The notes: generated by a model not told the origin, from the sequence alone. Shown: positions 13,987 to 34,429, counted from the stretch's first letter. The stretch is 64,000 bases of DNA from Eledone cirrhosa (GCA_964016885.1 OZ024742.1:155248001-155312000); one strand, 5' to 3'. A program made the numbers and translations.

Positions 13987-14011
13987 TATATATATATATA
14001 TATATACATAC

Positions 14012-14066
<55 letters not shown>

Positions 14067-14094
14067 CATATATATATATACATATATATATATT

Positions 14095-15146
<1,052 letters not shown>

Positions 15147-15159
15147 TATATATATATAT

Positions 15160-16432
<1,273 letters not shown>

Positions 16433-16463
16433 CATATACATATACATATATATATATATACAT

Positions 16464-16624
<161 letters not shown>

Positions 16625-16692
16625 TATACATATATACATATATATATATATATACACACATATATATATATATATATATATAGATACATATA

Positions 16693-16732
<40 letters not shown>

Positions 16733-16757
16733 AACATATATATACATATATACATAT

Positions 16758-17356
<599 letters not shown>

Positions 17357-17357
17357 A

Positions 17358-18222
<865 letters not shown>

Positions 18223-18225
18223 ATA

Positions 18226-18324
<99 letters not shown>

Positions 18325-18327
18325 GCA

Positions 18328-18391
<64 letters not shown>

Positions 18392-18471
18392 CATATATAT
18401 GTATATATATATATATATATTTATACATATATATATACTTATATATATATACATATATATATATATACACA

Positions 18472-18523
<52 letters not shown>

Positions 18524-18526
18524 CAC

Positions 18527-18565
<39 letters not shown>

Positions 18566-18746
18566 CCTATATATATATATACACATATATATATACATGT
18601 GTACACATATATATATATATATATATACATATATACATATATATATATATATACACACATACATATATATATATATACACACACATATATATATATATAT
18701 ACATATATACATACATATATATATATATATATATACATATATAAAC

Positions 18747-18806
<60 letters not shown>

Positions 18807-19028
18807 GTATATATATATATATACATGTATGTATATATGTGTATATATGTATATATATATATATGTATGTCCATATATACATACATATATATATATACAT
18901 ATATATACATATATACATACATGTATATATATATATATACATATATATATATACATATATATATACATATATATATACATATACATATATACATATACAT
19001 ATATATATATACATATATACATATACAT

Positions 19029-19070
<42 letters not shown>

Positions 19071-19098
19071 ATATATATATACATATACATATATACAA

Positions 19099-19127
<29 letters not shown>
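18223..19127. repeat. ~900-bp compound (TA)n/(TACA)/(TG)n microsatellite
   Basis: Direct reading. Confidence 0.95.
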
Positions 19128-19129
<2 letters not shown>

Positions 19130-20090
19130 TATATATTTGTGCAATAATTCACTTGCAGTAAGATTTTGATTTGCGTATTTTCGTTTCAGTTAAGAAAACC
19201 TTTATCTGGATCCTACAGTGTGGGATATAAGTTGTAATGTGTTTTGACGTATATTTCGTAACTGAGGAAAGCGAAATGCCAAATATGCGAGAAATTGCTG
19301 GGGATAATGATAACGTCACACATGTTTTATAACGATTCCATCACACTAGCCCTCACTAATCTCTGTATGTGCCATTACACAATCGCGCATTATAATGTTT
19401 TTAATGAAAGGAAGGGCTCACATGAGGAAATATGACTGCATTATTTAGTAGATCAAAAAACCATGTGCGGGATTCGTTTTTGGTTTTTAACTTGACAATT
19501 CAGTAACATTATTATTATCCAAAGTCTACATCATTGGTTATTGAATTTCTCATTGTTATTATATAAATATATATATTTTTTTTTTGTTACCGTTAGGCTA
19601 TTTTTGGTACTGCTATTGTTGTTACCGATGCTGTGTTTACTACAAATATACCACAGAAAATTTTGAGGATCTATATTTTCCTTTAATTACGATACTGCTG
19701 TCATGTCTGCTGTCACCCTCTCTCATGCACCATACACATATGAAGCTCCAGGTGTCGAGGGAGAATGAGAGAGAGACAGTGTGTGTGGCATAGAGGGAAA
19801 GAGAGTGAGAGAAACAAATGTGTTCTCACATATCTCATTCCAATGATCAAACAGGCGTAATGCTTCCACATATGTTTGTTTCACCCCGTTATAATCATGT
19901 GATTACTAATCAGAGCAGAATAGAAATCAAAATTTCGCAATCAAGAAGAATCTAAGGCATACGCTTGTCTGTTCGCATGTTTATGATATTTTGTGTATTC
20001 GTCTTTATATGTGAGTGGCAAGTATATATGTAATAGACATATAAAATGGGTTGTTTTGTAACCCTAGATATATGTATGTGTTCGTCTGTG

Positions 20091-20155
<65 letters not shown>

Positions 20156-20454
20156 GTATGTATGTATAAATATATATATATATATATATATGCCTTGTAT
20201 TCATTTGTGTATGTATTTGGTATGCACAAGTTTCAATTGTTTTTATATGTGTTGGCGTGTATTTACGCACGTAGTCTTCATGAGTAATTAAACAAGACAT
20301 ACAACACAGCTTAATCACTCATATTATTTATATTGTTCAAAAAACGAAAGGATTGCAATACGAGCAAACAAATAAAATAACAAATCACCTTCAATATAAT
20401 TGTCACGCATATATGTGGTGTTATGTATGTTTCTGTGTAGATATAAATGTTATA

Positions 20455-20536
<82 letters not shown>

Positions 20537-20979
20537 TTGTTTATTATACAAGAAATATATATATATATATATATATATAACGTTCTCTTTATGAATATAT
20601 ATCATTGGTTACTGAAATATATGTGAACATTTACATGGACACATACATATTTACATACATTCATGGCTACGTATATAAATACACACAGATACATATATAT
20701 ATACATACATACATATGTTCTAATATGTTTTACATATAAGCACCAATATACAAATATACTATATATCAAACTATGTGTACCACATTTAACATTGTAAAGG
20801 TTTGATTATGTCACCTCCCTTAAATATGATGACTGGCGAGTAAGATATTTCTTTGCAGTGATATGATTATTATTTCAACACGATGATTATTATTTCAACA
20901 ATAAAGTGACGATTTTATACTTCCGCGGGATATTGTGATTAACTTAAGAACTGATTATAGTGTTATATTTATGATATCC

Positions 20980-21443
20980 GATGCGGTGAATTGGCAGTAT
21001 TGATAGAGCGCAAGACACCATGCTTTACAGCATAGAGTTATGGTCCTTTACGTTCTCAGTTCAAATCTCGCCGAGGTTAGCTATGCCTTTCATCCTTACG
21101 GGGTCGATAAAATAAAGTACCAGTAATACACTGGCGTTATTGTTGGCCTTATGCCAATTGTAGAAACAATTATATTTATGATATCCTGATCACTATATTT
21201 CACCTATTTTTACATTTACCCTTTTATCTTCCAACATCTCGCCGAGGTTAACTTTGCCTTTCATCCTTACGGGGTCGATTAAATAAAGTAACAGTAATGC
21301 ACTGGGTAATTGCTGGTCTTGTGCCAAGAGTAGAAATAATTAGTATATAAACTCTGCCTTTTAGCCTTACGATGTCGATACATTAAAGCACAAGTAATGC
21401 ATTGGGATAATTGCTGGCCTTCTGCCAAAAGTAGAAATAATTA
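20980..21443 (+). mobile_element. tRNA-derived SINE (full copy 20980-21172) followed by two partial 3' copies
   Basis: GCGGTGAATTGGCAG (A-box-like)..GTTCAAATC (B-box)..GCCTTTCATCCTTACGGGGTCGATAAAATAAAGTACCAG (Nin/Deu-like core)..TGGCCTT.TGCCAA; 17-bp TSD TTATATTTATGATATCC. Confidence 0.88.
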
Positions 21444-21739
21444 TCACATAATATTACGATTATCAATATATAAAACCTTATCGATACAATACTGGGCCCC
21501 ACTATAACTTAAGTCAATGTATGTGACTGCTCGAGAGAACGTGTATGTGTGTGTCTGAGTTTGTACCTCTAGGAGCATGTGTGTGCATAGTTGTGTATGG
21601 ATCTGTGTCTGCATTTGTGTACAACCTGTCTCCACATATGTTTGTGCATATATATGCGTTTCCATATGGCACCAGTGCCTGTGTCCGATATACCTAACAA
21701 CACATATTTGCGGTCAACTAAATGACCGGAGACAGAAAA

Positions 21740-22690
21740 CACACATCAACCGAAGCTTCCCATTTCAAAGAAATTAAAAATCCGATCGACACCCCAGTCA
21801 TATTCTTTATTTTAACTTTACTTGTTCATTACCATCTTATGATATATACGTATACTTTATTTTCCGTTTTCCTATTCTACTTTCTTACATTGTATATTTA
21901 TATATTTATTATATTTTTAAGTCTCTTATATTCTTATAATTTTTATTAACATTATTTATAATATATTTTCTCATTCCACTATTTATTCTAGAATTTTTTT
22001 TTTTTATATTTCATATTTACATATATTATATTTCTTGTATCTCGCTATTTAATATTTATTTTTATTTTTTTTATGTTTGGCTCTTTTATCTCAACATTTT
22101 AGTTTATTTCATTAAAAACATATATTAAATTTGTTATATCCCATTCACCATTTACCCCTTTTCCTTCCTTCAACTCTTCTGTTTCTTTGCTTCCTTTTCT
22201 CTTGTCTCCCATTCATTCTTATCTCATATTCCCATCTATCATTCCCTACTCCTATCTTTTATCACACATCCACATGACGATTATCTACTCTGACCACACT
22301 CAGAAACGCGCAACATTTCATTCACACGCTTCTTATCCTTAGTCCCATTCCCTCTCTCACCTTTTTCCCCCCTATTTCCTATGTTCTTTCTTTCTCTTTT
22401 CATCTCTTATCATTTTATTTTAACCTCTTCCCATCTCTTCTCTGTTCTATTCTCCATCTAACCAACCTGTCAAAAAAAAAAAAAAAAGAACAACATAAAC
22501 TTCGAGTTACAGAGAAATGGTAATTAAAGCTGAACACCAAAATCTTCCGTCCTGAGGGAAACCATGAGTCTCATGATCTATTGATTGCACAGTCGGCCCC
22601 TATCGATAAAGATCAATCACCTTGAGCTGACCAATCGCGAAACGCGCGTCAGATATTATTAAATATAAAAAATATTTAACTACTCGTCCT
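21740..22690 (+). mobile_element. Probable PLE 3' region/pLTR remnant
   Basis: Pyrimidine-rich stretch ending CTGAGGGA..GAAA-CGCGCG-TC (22552-22650, degenerate hammerhead) shortly before (TA)n. Confidence 0.4.
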
Positions 22691-22773
22691 TTATATATAT
22701 ATATATATATATGTAAATATATATGCATTTACATATGAATATATACATATATATATGCATTTACATATGAATA

Positions 22774-22840
<67 letters not shown>

Positions 22841-23149
22841 GTATTTACATATAAATATATACATATGCACAACATTATTTGTGTATGTGTTTATAGGTGA
22901 TGGTTATATGGTTGTTTTCTACATTTTATTTTTCGGAATCTATTAATTGGGCCGCTTGCCAATTTTCTTAGAGTTGCACAATTAATTTTTTCAGAAAATA
23001 CCAGACTAGCAGAAACGCTTTTGAAATGTAGAGACAAACTAGTTCATGTGATATGATTATGATTACACTAAACATTAAATGAAAATCAAATGCTGAGAGC
23101 ATTTGTACGTTATTCATTTCGAATGTATAAGTGTGTATTTATAATAATA

Positions 23150-23180
<31 letters not shown>

Positions 23181-23707
23181 TGTGTGTGTGTGTGTGTTTG
23201 TATGTGTGTGTGTATGTTTTATGAGTGTGTGCTTATGTATATACAATTAAGTGTGTATGTCTATATGTGCATAAATGTACGTAAATAGTTAAATAAAAAT
23301 TGTCTCAATATCGGAGCCGCATTAAGTAGTTTACAATAACCATTTCATATTCGTTTATGCTTCATCTTAGATTTGAAACATTTGATTCCAATTATTTATT
23401 ATGATATAATCGAGAATTAAAAAAAAAAGTGTAACTTATTTTCTTGTAAACCCAGCTTTGTATGATCAGACATTTTGTTTTAAACATATGGTACTGCTTA
23501 GAAATATGTTTATTACCATTATTATGTCTAACATCTCTTAAATGAATTGTGATATCCCCAAATAAATATTGATGATTTATCATTAGTCAACCTTTACTAG
23601 AGATTAGCAGTCCCTCGTGGGACACACTCACTTTTGGGACCTCACTATATATATGTATATATATATATATATTAAATATATATATTATATTAAACATATT
23701 ATATTAA

Positions 23708-23748
<41 letters not shown>

Positions 23749-25739
23749 TTACTTGCGTGTATCCCGAAAGTAATTTATTTCTCAATAAAGAGTATTGATT
23801 TTTGCTGGTAGGTCTCACACCCACCTTTAGTTTAGATAAAATGCAAATACAAATCTTATGGAATTGTATAATTATATGTCAGTTATATGAATCAAATCTA
23901 AACATATTCTGCGACACCATCGTAGACACAAACACACACACACATACATACGCACAATCACACACACATATAAACCCATACATACACGCACGAATTTATA
24001 CTAATAATCAGATTATCATATTATAACATGTGCAACATACGATTTACGCCATTTTAAATACGAGGACACTAAATTAAGTATCACATATGCTATCCCTATC
24101 TTCATCACTGATCTCTAATTACGTTCTATCGTCTTCTTGTATATGTATCTCCCTCGGGTTACATTATATGTTGTGGAACGTGTCTAGAATTATAATGCTG
24201 TTATAGTACAATACGCGTTTAATAGTCCCACGGTGTGTGTTGGTTTACATTATATTTAAACTTAATTTGCTTCCCGTTTGATAGTAAATATTCCCAGTAT
24301 ATTTTTAGAAAGTATATGATAACATGTTTGAATAATAACTATATCAGAATAAAGAACTTCTAAGCAGTCGTAAAAAACTACGATATGTACTTTATCAATA
24401 TAATATCTTCTTCTACACTCACTCTGTAACATTTCGTTTAGTTCAGAGCAAAATACGCCAGGGACCTAAAACAAGGGTCGGAAATCCATTAAAATCTTGG
24501 TATAAATATTTTCTTTAAATGAAGCCAACACTGCATTGTCCGTTGTACATTATATCCTCTAAAAACTCATAGGAGAAACAAATCATCCTGAAACTAAAAA
24601 TAGTAAAGAAAAGTAACAGAGATATATTCATCACTAAAATAAAGCACGATTAGTAAATGAAGACAATTTAATGATGTATATAGCTAACAATATTTAGTTA
24701 GCAATTTTACTGTTAATATAGGTATGTGACGCATATTCTCAAGATACGGAGCAAGAAATTTTGAAAAATAGAATCCGAATAAATATTATTAAGGTCAATT
24801 TTTGAAATTATATATATTTGTTCAATTTCATTTTCTCTTTTACGCTGCTAGAATTACTATCTATTCATAACTTCAAACTTAAATAGGAAGAAAATCTCTC
24901 GTCTTAGATATTTCACTTTACTTCTAATTCTATTTTATCGATTGTCTGCGGAAATACAGCCTATGGCAATTCACTAGAACTGCGATGAAAGAAAACTCCA
25001 ATTTTACTGTATATTAATTCTACAGTATTTCCATCAGTCTATCTTTTTGCCTGATGAAATTTAGGCCAACTTACTGCCATCAGCACTCCTAAACAAAAGA
25101 GCAGATACTTTTTTTAGCCTATCAGCAACTATACCCAAAATTATATTTTGTATCTTGAGAACAGATGCTCTTTTTAACAATAATATACATTATAGCTGCA
25201 ATACATGGTGAAGAGTTATAATTGTAAATAGATTATGAATACGTTTCTATAATTTAATGTAAGAAAGATGAACACTGCCTGTAGGTATTTGCAGGGCTTA
25301 TATTACTGGTATGGCCGATGCCAAATAAATTCAATTTCGTTCAAGTGGATAGTGTTTGTGGGGAATGCGAGATATGTTTATCATGAGGTTCTTTCGGTGA
25401 AACACATTACAACAGGAATAGAAGGAATAGAAAGGTGGTCATCTATGATACATTGTTTGTTATTGAGGAATAGGAATTTGTTGAAATAGATGTATCAGGA
25501 AGAATAGTCCTGTGAATATATTTCTCACATGAGAAAAACCACAGACCCTCCATCTCAACTCTACTTTTGAAAAGCAAAAGAACTGCGAAACCGGTAAAGG
25601 AACCAAATAAATATATATATTTTTTTTAAAAACAAGACTCCAGTTGTATTTTCGATTTCATCTTTTTTCCTTATACTTTCACTCGTGTAGGACACCTCGG
25701 TTATTTGTCATCTTGTAAAAAAACGTCACTTTCTTATAC

Positions 25740-26849
<1,110 letters not shown>

Positions 26850-26924
26850 TATATAAATATGCACATATACACACACACACATATATATATATGCACATAT
26901 ACACACACACACATACATATATAT

Positions 26925-26962
<38 letters not shown>

Positions 26963-27093
26963 ATACCCACACACACATACATATACACACACACACGCAT
27001 ATATACACACACACATATATACACACAGACACACATATAGACACACACATATACATATATACACACACACATATACACACACACATACACACA

Positions 27094-27140
<47 letters not shown>

Positions 27141-27155
27141 TGTTATATATATATA

Positions 27156-27612
27156 TTGTTATACTTGGAGAGGGTCATATTGTTATAATATTGTCAGAAA
27201 AAATAACAGAACACACTCACTGTTTGGTGTTGGTAGGTTTTCGCTCTTGTATCTTTTATATCTCCATAGTTAATCTATTTGGCAATCAAATTAAATGAAC
27301 ATGGAGTAGGCATCACAATACAATGGGAAGAAGCATAATAGTACCACTGATGTTGCAGACGTCGACGAAATACATTTGATAGACTATATATATATATATT
27401 TATATCTGTATTTTTAACCGTTGGTCAATCAAATAAATTAACTATGGAAATATAAAAGATATAAAAGATACATAAGCGAAAATCATCCCAAACCAAACAG
27501 TGAGTGTGTTCTGTTATTATTTCTGGCAAAATTATAATATGACCCTCCCCAATTATAACAATATCTGTTTCGACACACGATTTTATATCAAACACCTTGC
27601 AAAACACATCTA
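27156..27612 (+). mobile_element. pLTR-only copy of the main PLE family with inverted arm (~27156-27288 minus; ~27290-27612 plus)
   Basis: Both arms carry GTGAGTGTGTTCTGTT..ATATGACCCTC; outer ends abut TA runs. Confidence 0.85.
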
Positions 27613-27647
27613 TATGTATGTGTGTGTGTGCACCATATACATATTTT

Positions 27648-28098
27648 ACTAGACCTGAAAAAATGCGCAACCTCAAAAGAGCCACAGAATGTTATAATAA
27701 ACCTTCAAAGGTGTGGGACTACAGTTGTTGCTCCAAAATATTGTAACCCTTATCTATCGCACACTCTGTGGCATCCTTTTTATAAAAAAGAGACTCATAA
27801 CGAATTCAAGACGAAACGATAATTATTTAAGCTAATGTTCAATATCTCATATTAGATGTTTAGTAATGATTAATACGAAATGCACTTAAACCGAATACTA
27901 CATTATAAATTCACTTAAATAATTATCATGTCGTCTTGAGTTCGTTATGAGTACGTTTTTTTTTATAAAAGGATGCCACAGAGTGTACGATAGATAAGGA
28001 TTATAATATTTTTGAGCAACAACTCTAGTCCCACACTTTTGAAGGTTTATTATAACATTCTGAGGCTCTTTTGAGCTTACGCATTTTTCAGGTCTAGT
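27648..28098. mobile_element. MITE-like foldback element, ~185-bp imperfect TIRs and ~80-bp spacer
   Basis: ACTAGACCTGAAAAAATGCG..CGCATTTTTCAGGTCTAGT; arms align throughout; no clear TSD. Confidence 0.7.
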
Positions 28099-28631
28099 TT
28101 AATATTTTTTTAAGGCAACGCTTGTAATAACTCTAGTTACACACGATATATATATTAATATTAAATGATCGTTGTAATGTAATTAGATTATATAATTATT
28201 ATTTTATAAATGATCTTATAAATATTATTGTAAGATGTATAAAAATGTTTTCAGACGTTTAATATAAACAACTACAAAATTCAATCAATATTAAATAAAT
28301 ATATTTTACATAATACTTGTTACAGTTGAATTAATACAAATTAAATATTACATACAAATAGTCTAACATAATAATAATAAAAAAAATCTAACATAATAAT
28401 AATAAAATAATCTAACATAAAACGAACAATAATATGGACAAATACACAAGTGAATATGATACAACCAATATTATAAGTGTATTATAATGAACTGAAAAAA
28501 ATAGTTAATATAAATTTTAAAAATCACATATACATTAACAATACAACTTCCCAAACGAGAAAAAAATATTATGATTATAAACGACGAAATATAGGAGGAA
28601 GTTTCAGAGCGAAACGATCAATAAACGTACA

Positions 28632-28716
28632 AACAAAATGGCGGATGCTTTTGAGCAACAATTACTCTCGTTGGTTGATTAGCCAATAAGACGATGACAT
28701 TAGCCAATAAGACGAT
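28632..28716 (+). promoter_or_regulatory. Promoter-like motif cluster (YY1-like site plus duplicated CCAAT box)
   Basis: CAAAATGGCGG followed by two copies of ATTAGCCAATAAGACGAT; motif match only. Confidence 0.3.
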
Positions 28717-29669
28717 ACATTACAAAACATGTTTGGCAGCGATCACCACGGTCAGCAACACCCCTTGATTTTTGTATTCACAAGCAACGCATATATGTCA
28801 GAACCCGCAGACTTAAAACATTCTGTTGTTAGTCACTGCGTGAAAGTTTTGTGTCCGATGTATTACAATTAACATGTTTATCGTATTTGGTTTGAGTGCT
28901 TAAATAGCTCCAGTTTATAGCGTGCTCTTTAAAGCTCAGCAGTCGGTTCGGTTGATTTGAACTGACTCTTGAATGTATGTTGTTCTTAAAACCGATGGTT
29001 TTTCTTGCACTGATAATAGCGTATGTGATATCATGATTTTTACTTGGTTGAATAATTCCGGTAATAGAGATGTAAATCATCACGCGAATATACAATTTTC
29101 TTTTCATATAATGCTAATGTCCCTGTTGTAAATAAACAAATGTATCAATAATATATGTACCCTAAAATACAAAAAAAATCCTCAATTTAAAACTTGAGTA
29201 ATATTAGATAATGTTATCTAATTCATTGCATAAATTGTTCGTTTTTAATTTAAAAATCAGTAGATCAATAATATAACACCATAGGTTTTAACTTGTATGT
29301 TGATTAAAAAATATTGTACTATGAAAAACCCCCATCCAGTCACGAAATATATATTAAGGAATGTTGGCTTATGTCTTGTTTCTTTCTTTCTCTTTACTAG
29401 GCTTTTCGAGGGAATCAGGTAGAGGATATTGATTTTTTAATTCTTTATTGAAGCTAATGACAATAAACTGCGTACTGGAATATGTACATACATGTATACT
29501 CTTTATATTCCCACGACTACCCGCCCGCATATTCACACATACAATAATGGAAACGCCGAAACACACACACGCACACACACACATATATATATACACACAC
29601 ACACATATATATACACACACACGCACACACATATACACACACGCACACACACATACACACACACACACA

Positions 29670-29712
<43 letters not shown>

Positions 29713-30199
29713 ACACACACATACACCACACACACATATATATATATATATATGCATTAGATTAGCATGGCTATAAATTAGTCTTCTTATTTTTGTTATG
29801 CTTAACTATAATATGTTGTGCTCAAGTGCTTCGGTTTTAACAACGTTTATTATGGAATGTTATTAAATATGTTACCGACCTCTTTAGAATCATGAAAGAA
29901 AATGCAATAATAAGATGTATACGATGTTATCTATGAAACCATTTGCTGAATATAGAAATAGTTCAGATAATGGAACAAGTTTCAGTGTATTACTTGAAAC
30001 AATTGTAAGTAATGTAATAGATAGATATATTCAAAAGCTATAAAATAATTAGAAACTTCCCGTGCTAATCATTGGAAATAAATCGACAATATTTATAAAC
30101 GTTTTACATAATAAATTCTTATGAATATTTAAGAATTCACAATTCAAAATGGAAATAAAAACATTTATAAAAAATTGAAGTTGAAAAGATCCCACAATT

Positions 30200-30380
30200 C
30201 CGAATCGGTGGAGCCTAGGATAACATGCTTTGCGGCATATAGTTACATCTGTTAACGTTCTGTGTTCAAATCGCACCGAGGTTAGTTTTGCTTTCAATAG
30301 AATATAGTATCAGTAATGCACTGGGGTCGATCTAATTGAATTCCCCCTCCCACAACATTGTTTGATTTATGCTTAAATTT
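30200..30380 (+). mobile_element. Diverged tRNA-derived SINE
   Basis: GTTCAAATCGCACCGAGGTTAGTTTTGCTTTC..CAGTAATGCACTGGGGTCGAT. Confidence 0.65.
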
Positions 30381-30783
30381 TCTGATTTAAGCATAAGGTC
30401 AACAATTATTGATATTAGTTATATAAGTATGGCGGATACCATATATTTATCGCTTTGAACTTAACTACGACATAAAGATGAACTGAATTCTGTCCATGTT
30501 GCTATAGCCTGAAATCAAATGAAATTATTACAAATGAAATTCTATATTTTTACAAACAAAATATAGTCTTTGTTCCGATGTAACGCTGGGAGTGTTCTCA
30601 TGAAAGCTTTCACTTCAGGCTTGATAATACTGTCACATATGTGTTTCTATAATATTTGGTGCGTGTTGAGAGACTGCGTAGATACTATATTAACTACTTG
30701 GAACATATTAAGTAATTAAACATTATTTTTATGAGTAGTAATTGAGACGAAACCTATAATTAGTAATGTATAATTTGCTGGTG

Positions 30784-31028
30784 CCACCACCACCACCACC
30801 ACCACTACTACTACTACTACTCTTACTACTACTACTAATGATAATACTTCTACTACCAATGCTGCTGCTGCATTTGCTTCTATTGCTTTTGTTGCTTTCT
30901 GCTATATCTGCTACGATTACTACTGCTAGTGGTGTTGTTGTTTATGATGCTGCTGCTACTACTACTACTACACCTACTAATACTACTACTACTACTAGTA
31001 CTACTACTACTGCTGCTGCTGCTGCTAC
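30784..31028. repeat. Compound trinucleotide repeats (CCA/CTA/CTG)
   Basis: Direct reading. Confidence 0.9.
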
Positions 31029-31520
31029 AAAAACTATCCATCCATAAAATATGTCGCAAATTTAAACATGGTTTCAATCTTCGTATTGATTTTCATTTGT
31101 TGTCAATGTTGTGTTTGTGTCGTGTTTGTGCTGCTGTAAAACTTGCTCTAACAATTCTTGCTCAAACTAATGCCAATATTAATCATCATCATCATCATCA
31201 TGGTCAACCACAATTTTTATTTTAAAAATGGTTAGGATTGATTGATGTTGTTGCTTATGTTATGTTTTGTTTTTCTTCATTCTGTTCATTTCATATGGAG
31301 TATAGCTTTTGACTATTGTGAAACAAAATAGCATGTTAGTTTTATTTGCTATCTCTGTCAAGTATGTAGACTTCAGGTAGAAATAATATAGTTATGTTAC
31401 ACTTGCTAATCTTAATGCTCACTTGTTTTTTTATGTTTCCTTTAGGAGGTATGTTATATTTAATGTTTATTATTATTTTTCTTTATCCTTACCCACACAC
31501 TGATTTAAGTTTGAAGTAAC

Positions 31521-32869
31521 TCAATGCCATACGTCTCTATTCGTGGTGTTAGTTATTTTTGTGGTGGTGATGGTGGAGGCGGTGGAGTGTTGTTTTGGTA
31601 GTGTTGTAGTTGTTGGTATGGGCAACATCGGTGTTTTTTTGTTTGCTTGGGAACAGACAGCCCTCAGGTGACCTCTGCCACCACAGAGGTAACAAGCGGG
31701 TCGTTTGCCCTGCACTGTGATGTGTAAGTAGGGAAGCCCATCCAGCAATATGCGGTCGGGGATCCCAGCGTTTCGTTCTGGCAGCATTTGCACCAGAACT
31801 TGCAGGCTAGTTCCACCCAACACGTTGCTGGAAGACTTACCTACTGAAATTACTGCATCATCTTTCAAGTCGAAGAGGCCACACAGTACCACCCATAAAT
31901 CAATATCTGGATAGATACTGTGTATGGTCAATCTTTGCGTCTTTTGCCCACATAAGTGAGGAAGAAGGTAAATAAGGGGGACACAATTGGGGCCAGGGCA
32001 TGTTTTTCGGCCGTCAATTTATCTTTCATTCGGATGGAGAGACTTCCGAATGAATACAATGTTTTTCAGATGATCTTTTAAAGCCAGTTCAATCTCTGTC
32101 TGTGTGAGTTGTACTGGCTTACGGGTTTTGTTGGAGATTGTCCTATAAATAATAGTTTTTAAGCTATTTTCCTTTTTTAGCTCAGGGGCAGAATTTAAAG
32201 AAAATAGACCATTCTCCTCCAAAGTTATGTACTTCCGTGCATTTCCCATTTGCTGGGCCATGTTCGAAATGTCAATAGGTTCATACACAATGTTTTTTTG
32301 GTAGTTTGAGCGAACGTCATTTCGTTCGTCCCCTCTTAGTTTACATTTGTCGAAATGTGGTTGTTATCTTGTTTTTTGTTGTTACAATTTTCATTTTTTG
32401 TTGTGTTTGTGTTATTTATGTTGGTTATGCGTTCACATTTGTTTTCCCCTGTTGGGGTTAGTCTCCATTTTTTCAAAATGTTCACTTATATTTTCAGTAT
32501 CCGAGTGACTTGTAGTCACAGCTACGACTTCTCTCTCAACTTTGGTGTTGGGCGTGGCACCGTGAAAAGTCGAAACGGCATCCATTAATGTTGTCAATTT
32601 TTCCGAGTCAATTTTTTTTCACATTTTTTTCATTAGGGTTAGGCTCCATTTTTTTCAATGTTTCTAATAATCATTATTCTTTCAGTAGGGTGGCTTGTTG
32701 CCTCCGCTACCCGCGATCCTTCAGTTTGTTTAGTGGGCGTGTCATCGTTGCCTGTGGTAATGGCTTCCATTACCACTAACGTAGTGACAATCTCAAGATT
32801 TTTAGGATGAAAAATTTCACCCAAAAAGGGGTGAAATAAATTAACCATAATGTCTGAAGACCCAGGCAA
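31521..32869 (-). pseudogene. Fragmented gag-like ORF1 of a non-LTR retrotransposon (Tx1/L1-like) with CCHC zinc knuckle
   Basis: LHITVQGKRPACYLCGGRGHLRAVC (CX2CX4HX4C) in ORF 31521-31931; collinear same-strand ORF pieces at 32019-32288 and 32639-32869. Confidence 0.6.
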
Positions 32870-33033
32870 GGGGATTAATTAACACAATAACGCAAGTATA
32901 CAGACAAACACTTACTGTTAACACGTAATATCTCCAATAATCGAGGAGCCGATGTGAAGAACGTCTATACCATCCAGAGATAGAGAGAGAGAGATAGATA
33001 GATAGATAGATAGTGAGAGAGATTGATAAACAG

Positions 33034-33086
<53 letters not shown>

Positions 33087-33094
33087 TATATAAT

Positions 33095-33209
<115 letters not shown>

Positions 33210-33216
33210 TAGAGAG

Positions 33217-33257
<41 letters not shown>

Positions 33258-33414
33258 ATAAGTCTATGAATTACTGCAAACTGATATATACGAAGCATGT
33301 GAATACGAGGAATCGTGCTTTGTTTTTTTTGTGTATCTACATACAAAGTTGCGCTACGTATTTCATATGAAATATTTCACTGTTGTTTCTACCAATATTT
33401 CAGAGGGTATGTTT

Positions 33415-33700
33415 ATGTGATTGAAAACATGCTTGCAGAACAGTCGAATATCGATGTAAAGAAACAGGCAAAATACGTATGGAATTACTTTTCAAAAATA
33501 CATGTATATATACAATAATTTCTCATCGTAGTGTGTGTACAGCCACATTCACAAGTATTCGTCATAGTTTTATCCATCGGTTTACGTTATTTCAGGTAGG
33601 ATTGAAAGAAAGGAAAACGAAAATGATAACCACAATCATATTATGATATAATATTCTCTCTCAATATCTCTCTCTTTATGTAAATATATGTGTATTTGTG
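33415..33700 (+). repeat. Dispersed repeat; inverted copy at ~45190-45460
   Basis: Shared TTGAAAACATG..GCAGAACAGTCGAATAT.GATGTAA..CACAAGTATTC..AAAATGATAACC; the ORF track shows matching VIENM.AEQSNIDV.KQAK. Confidence 0.8.
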
Positions 33701-33912
33701 TTTGGCGGTGCGGTCAGTCAGAAAAAAAAAATGTAAATCTTGATTTTCATGTTAAGCAAATCGTTGCAAGTGTTATGTCAATCGTATCCATAAAGCCGCA
33801 AACAGATCATCTGCGAAACCCATGACAACTTTGATGAATGACACAGATAACTTAAATTGAAACTTCCTTCTCTCTTATTTAATTCTCACACAAACACAGT
33901 CAAACCAGACAC

Positions 33913-33944
<32 letters not shown>

Positions 33945-34328
33945 GTACATACATACAAGTGTATATATATATATTTATGAATATATTTATAAGTATGTGT
34001 GGGTGGGTGTCTGTGTGTTAGCGTTGTTAAATGTTTACATGAAATAGACAAGTAATTCTTGCAATGAATTATTTAAATTATGGTAAAGTCACAGCTCTTT
34101 TAGCAGCCGTATAATATCACCAGTCATTTGTGTTTCAGAACTTGTATCCATCATCACTGTCGTTTATTTTCCCGGTACTGGGATAAGAATAAGCATATTC
34201 TGGGGATGCTCGCGAACACGTAAATACAAGTATATATATATACACACACATACACACACACACCCATACACACACATACATACCCACACATACACACACA
34301 CACACACACACATACACATATATATATG

Positions 34329-34429
<101 letters not shown>

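Noticed and set aside
20980-21090. tRNA gene suggested by A/B boxes
   Set aside because: No cloverleaf; it is the head of a multi-copy SINE
30766-31225. Poly-L/poly-T/poly-H ORFs
   Set aside because: Trinucleotide repeat translations with no domain
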